A stretch of DNA of 6,981 bases from a virus (taxonomy: Duplodnaviria > Heunggongvirae > Uroviricota > Caudoviricetes): the IMG/VR virus record IMGVR_UViG_2695420514_000012, one strand, 5' to 3'. The notes below the pieces were generated by a model. It was not told the origin of the DNA, made no database searches, and saw only the letters and a list, made by a program, of their open reading frames with translations. Both the position numbers and the translations under genes were made by a program. Positions 6,206-6,981 of the stretch are shown here, piece by piece. How positions within the stretch are numbered: the first letter of the stretch is position 1; each line of letters begins with the position of its first letter.

Positions 6206-6981
6206 ATGGGTAAAGGTGGCAGTAAGGGGCATACCCCGCGCGAAGCGAAGGACAACCTGAAATCATCCCAGCTGCTGAGCGTGATAGACGCCATCAGTGA
6301 AGGGCCGATTGAAGGTCCGGTGGACGGATTAAAAAGTGTGCTGCTGAACAGTACGCCGGTGCTGGACAGTGAGGGGAATACCAATATCTCCGGTGTCACG
6401 GTGGTGTTCCGGGCAGGTGAGCAGGAGCAGACACCGCCGGAGGGATTTGAATCCTCCGGTTCAGAAACCGTTATCGGTGCAGAATTAAAATATGACAATC
6501 CGCTCACCCGGACCATCACGTCGGCAAACATCGACCGTCTGCGCCTGACCTTCGGTGTGCAGGCACTGGTGGAAACCACTTCAAAGGGGGACCGGAATCC
6601 TTCGGAAGTTCGCCTGCTGGTTCAGATACAACGTAATGGTGGCTGGGTGACGGAAAAAGACATCACCATTAAGGGCAAAACCACCTCGCAGTATCTGGCC
6701 TCGGTAGTGGTGGATAACCTGCCGCCGCGCCCGTTCAGTATCCGGCTGCGCAGGATGACGCCGGACAGCACCACAGACCAGCTGCAGAACAAAACGCTCT
6801 GGTCGTCATACACCGAAATCATCGATGTGAAGCAGTGCTACCCGAACACGGCACTGGTCGGCGTGCAGGTGGACTCTGAGCAGTTCGGCAGCCAGCAGGT
6901 GAGCCGTAATTATCATCTGCGCGGGCGCATTCTGCAGGTGCCGTCGAACTATAACCCGCAGACGCGGCAATACAGCGGTAT
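6206..6981 (+). CDS. J: Central tail fibre / host specificity protein J (5' portion, runs off the window end)
   Basis: ATG at 6206 with GGAG (6194-6197) at 8 nt spacing; open to the window end, so it is absent from the ORF track, which lists only stop-terminated ORFs. Translation MGKGGSKGHTPREAKDNLKSSQLLSVIDAISEGPIEGPVDGLKSVLLNSTPVLDSEGNTNISGVTVVFRAGEQEQTPPEGFESSG... is near-identical to the lambda gpJ N-terminus as I recall it. Confidence 0.93.
   Translation, partial: MGKGGSKGHTPREAKDNLKSSQLLSVIDAISEGPIEGPVDGLKSVLLNSTPVLDSEGNTNISGVTVVFRAGEQEQTPPEGFESSGSETVIGAELKYDNPLTRTITSANIDRLRLTFGVQALVETTSKGDRNPSEVRLLVQIQRNGGWVTEKDITIKGKTTSQYLASVVVDNLPPRPFSIRLRRMTPDSTTDQLQNKTLWSSYTEIIDVKQCYPNTALVGVQVDSEQFGSQQVSRNYHLRGRILQVPSNYNPQTRQYSG

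Noticed and set aside
3967-6822. Antisense and out-of-frame ORFs overlapping M, L, K, I and J (for example 3967..4185, 4008..4211, 4295..4891, 4477..4674, 4593..4781, 4872..5300, 4996..5178, 5182..5547, 5236..5472, 5720..5968, 5806..6033, 5916..6134, 6172..6579, 6622..6822)
   Set aside because: These are shadow ORFs of recognisable lambda-like tail genes on the + strand. The 198-aa and 142-aa antisense ORFs are long only because the sense-strand codon bias depletes stop codons on the opposite strand.
1-6981. Programmed translational frameshift site, CRISPR repeats, tRNA, integrase or attachment site
   Set aside because: No direct-repeat/spacer periodicity, tRNA-like cloverleaf or recombinase ORF was seen. 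The known G-T frameshift of lambdoid tail chaperones would lie upstream of position 1, outside this window.

Overview
This window is the tail-morphogenesis module of a lambda-like (lambdoid) siphovirus or prophage, probably from an enterobacterial host, with every real gene on the + strand. Order: 3' end of an upstream tail gene (2..133, probably the G-T chaperone) | AT-rich moron cassette (134..574) | 1081-aa tape measure protein H | M | L | K | I | 5' part of J (runs off the window). M, L, K, I and J were identified by recalling the phage lambda proteins from memory; no alignment or database search was run. The main candidate for something undescribed is the moron inserted between the chaperone and tape-measure genes: a weak putative promoter, a 113-aa protein with two predicted transmembrane helices plus a CxxC-x10-CxxC zinc ribbon, and a strong UUCG-tetraloop intrinsic terminator. 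Its function cannot be read from the sequence; superinfection exclusion, defence or lysogenic conversion are hypotheses only. Secondary observations: the tape measure is about 230 aa longer than lambda H and looks chimeric, M is more diverged than L/K/I/J, K and I overlap by 103 nt out of frame, and a second hairpin sits between I and J. No tRNA, rRNA, CRISPR array, integrase or transposase was seen. All antisense and alternative-frame ORFs in the supplied track are judged to be shadows of the tail genes.
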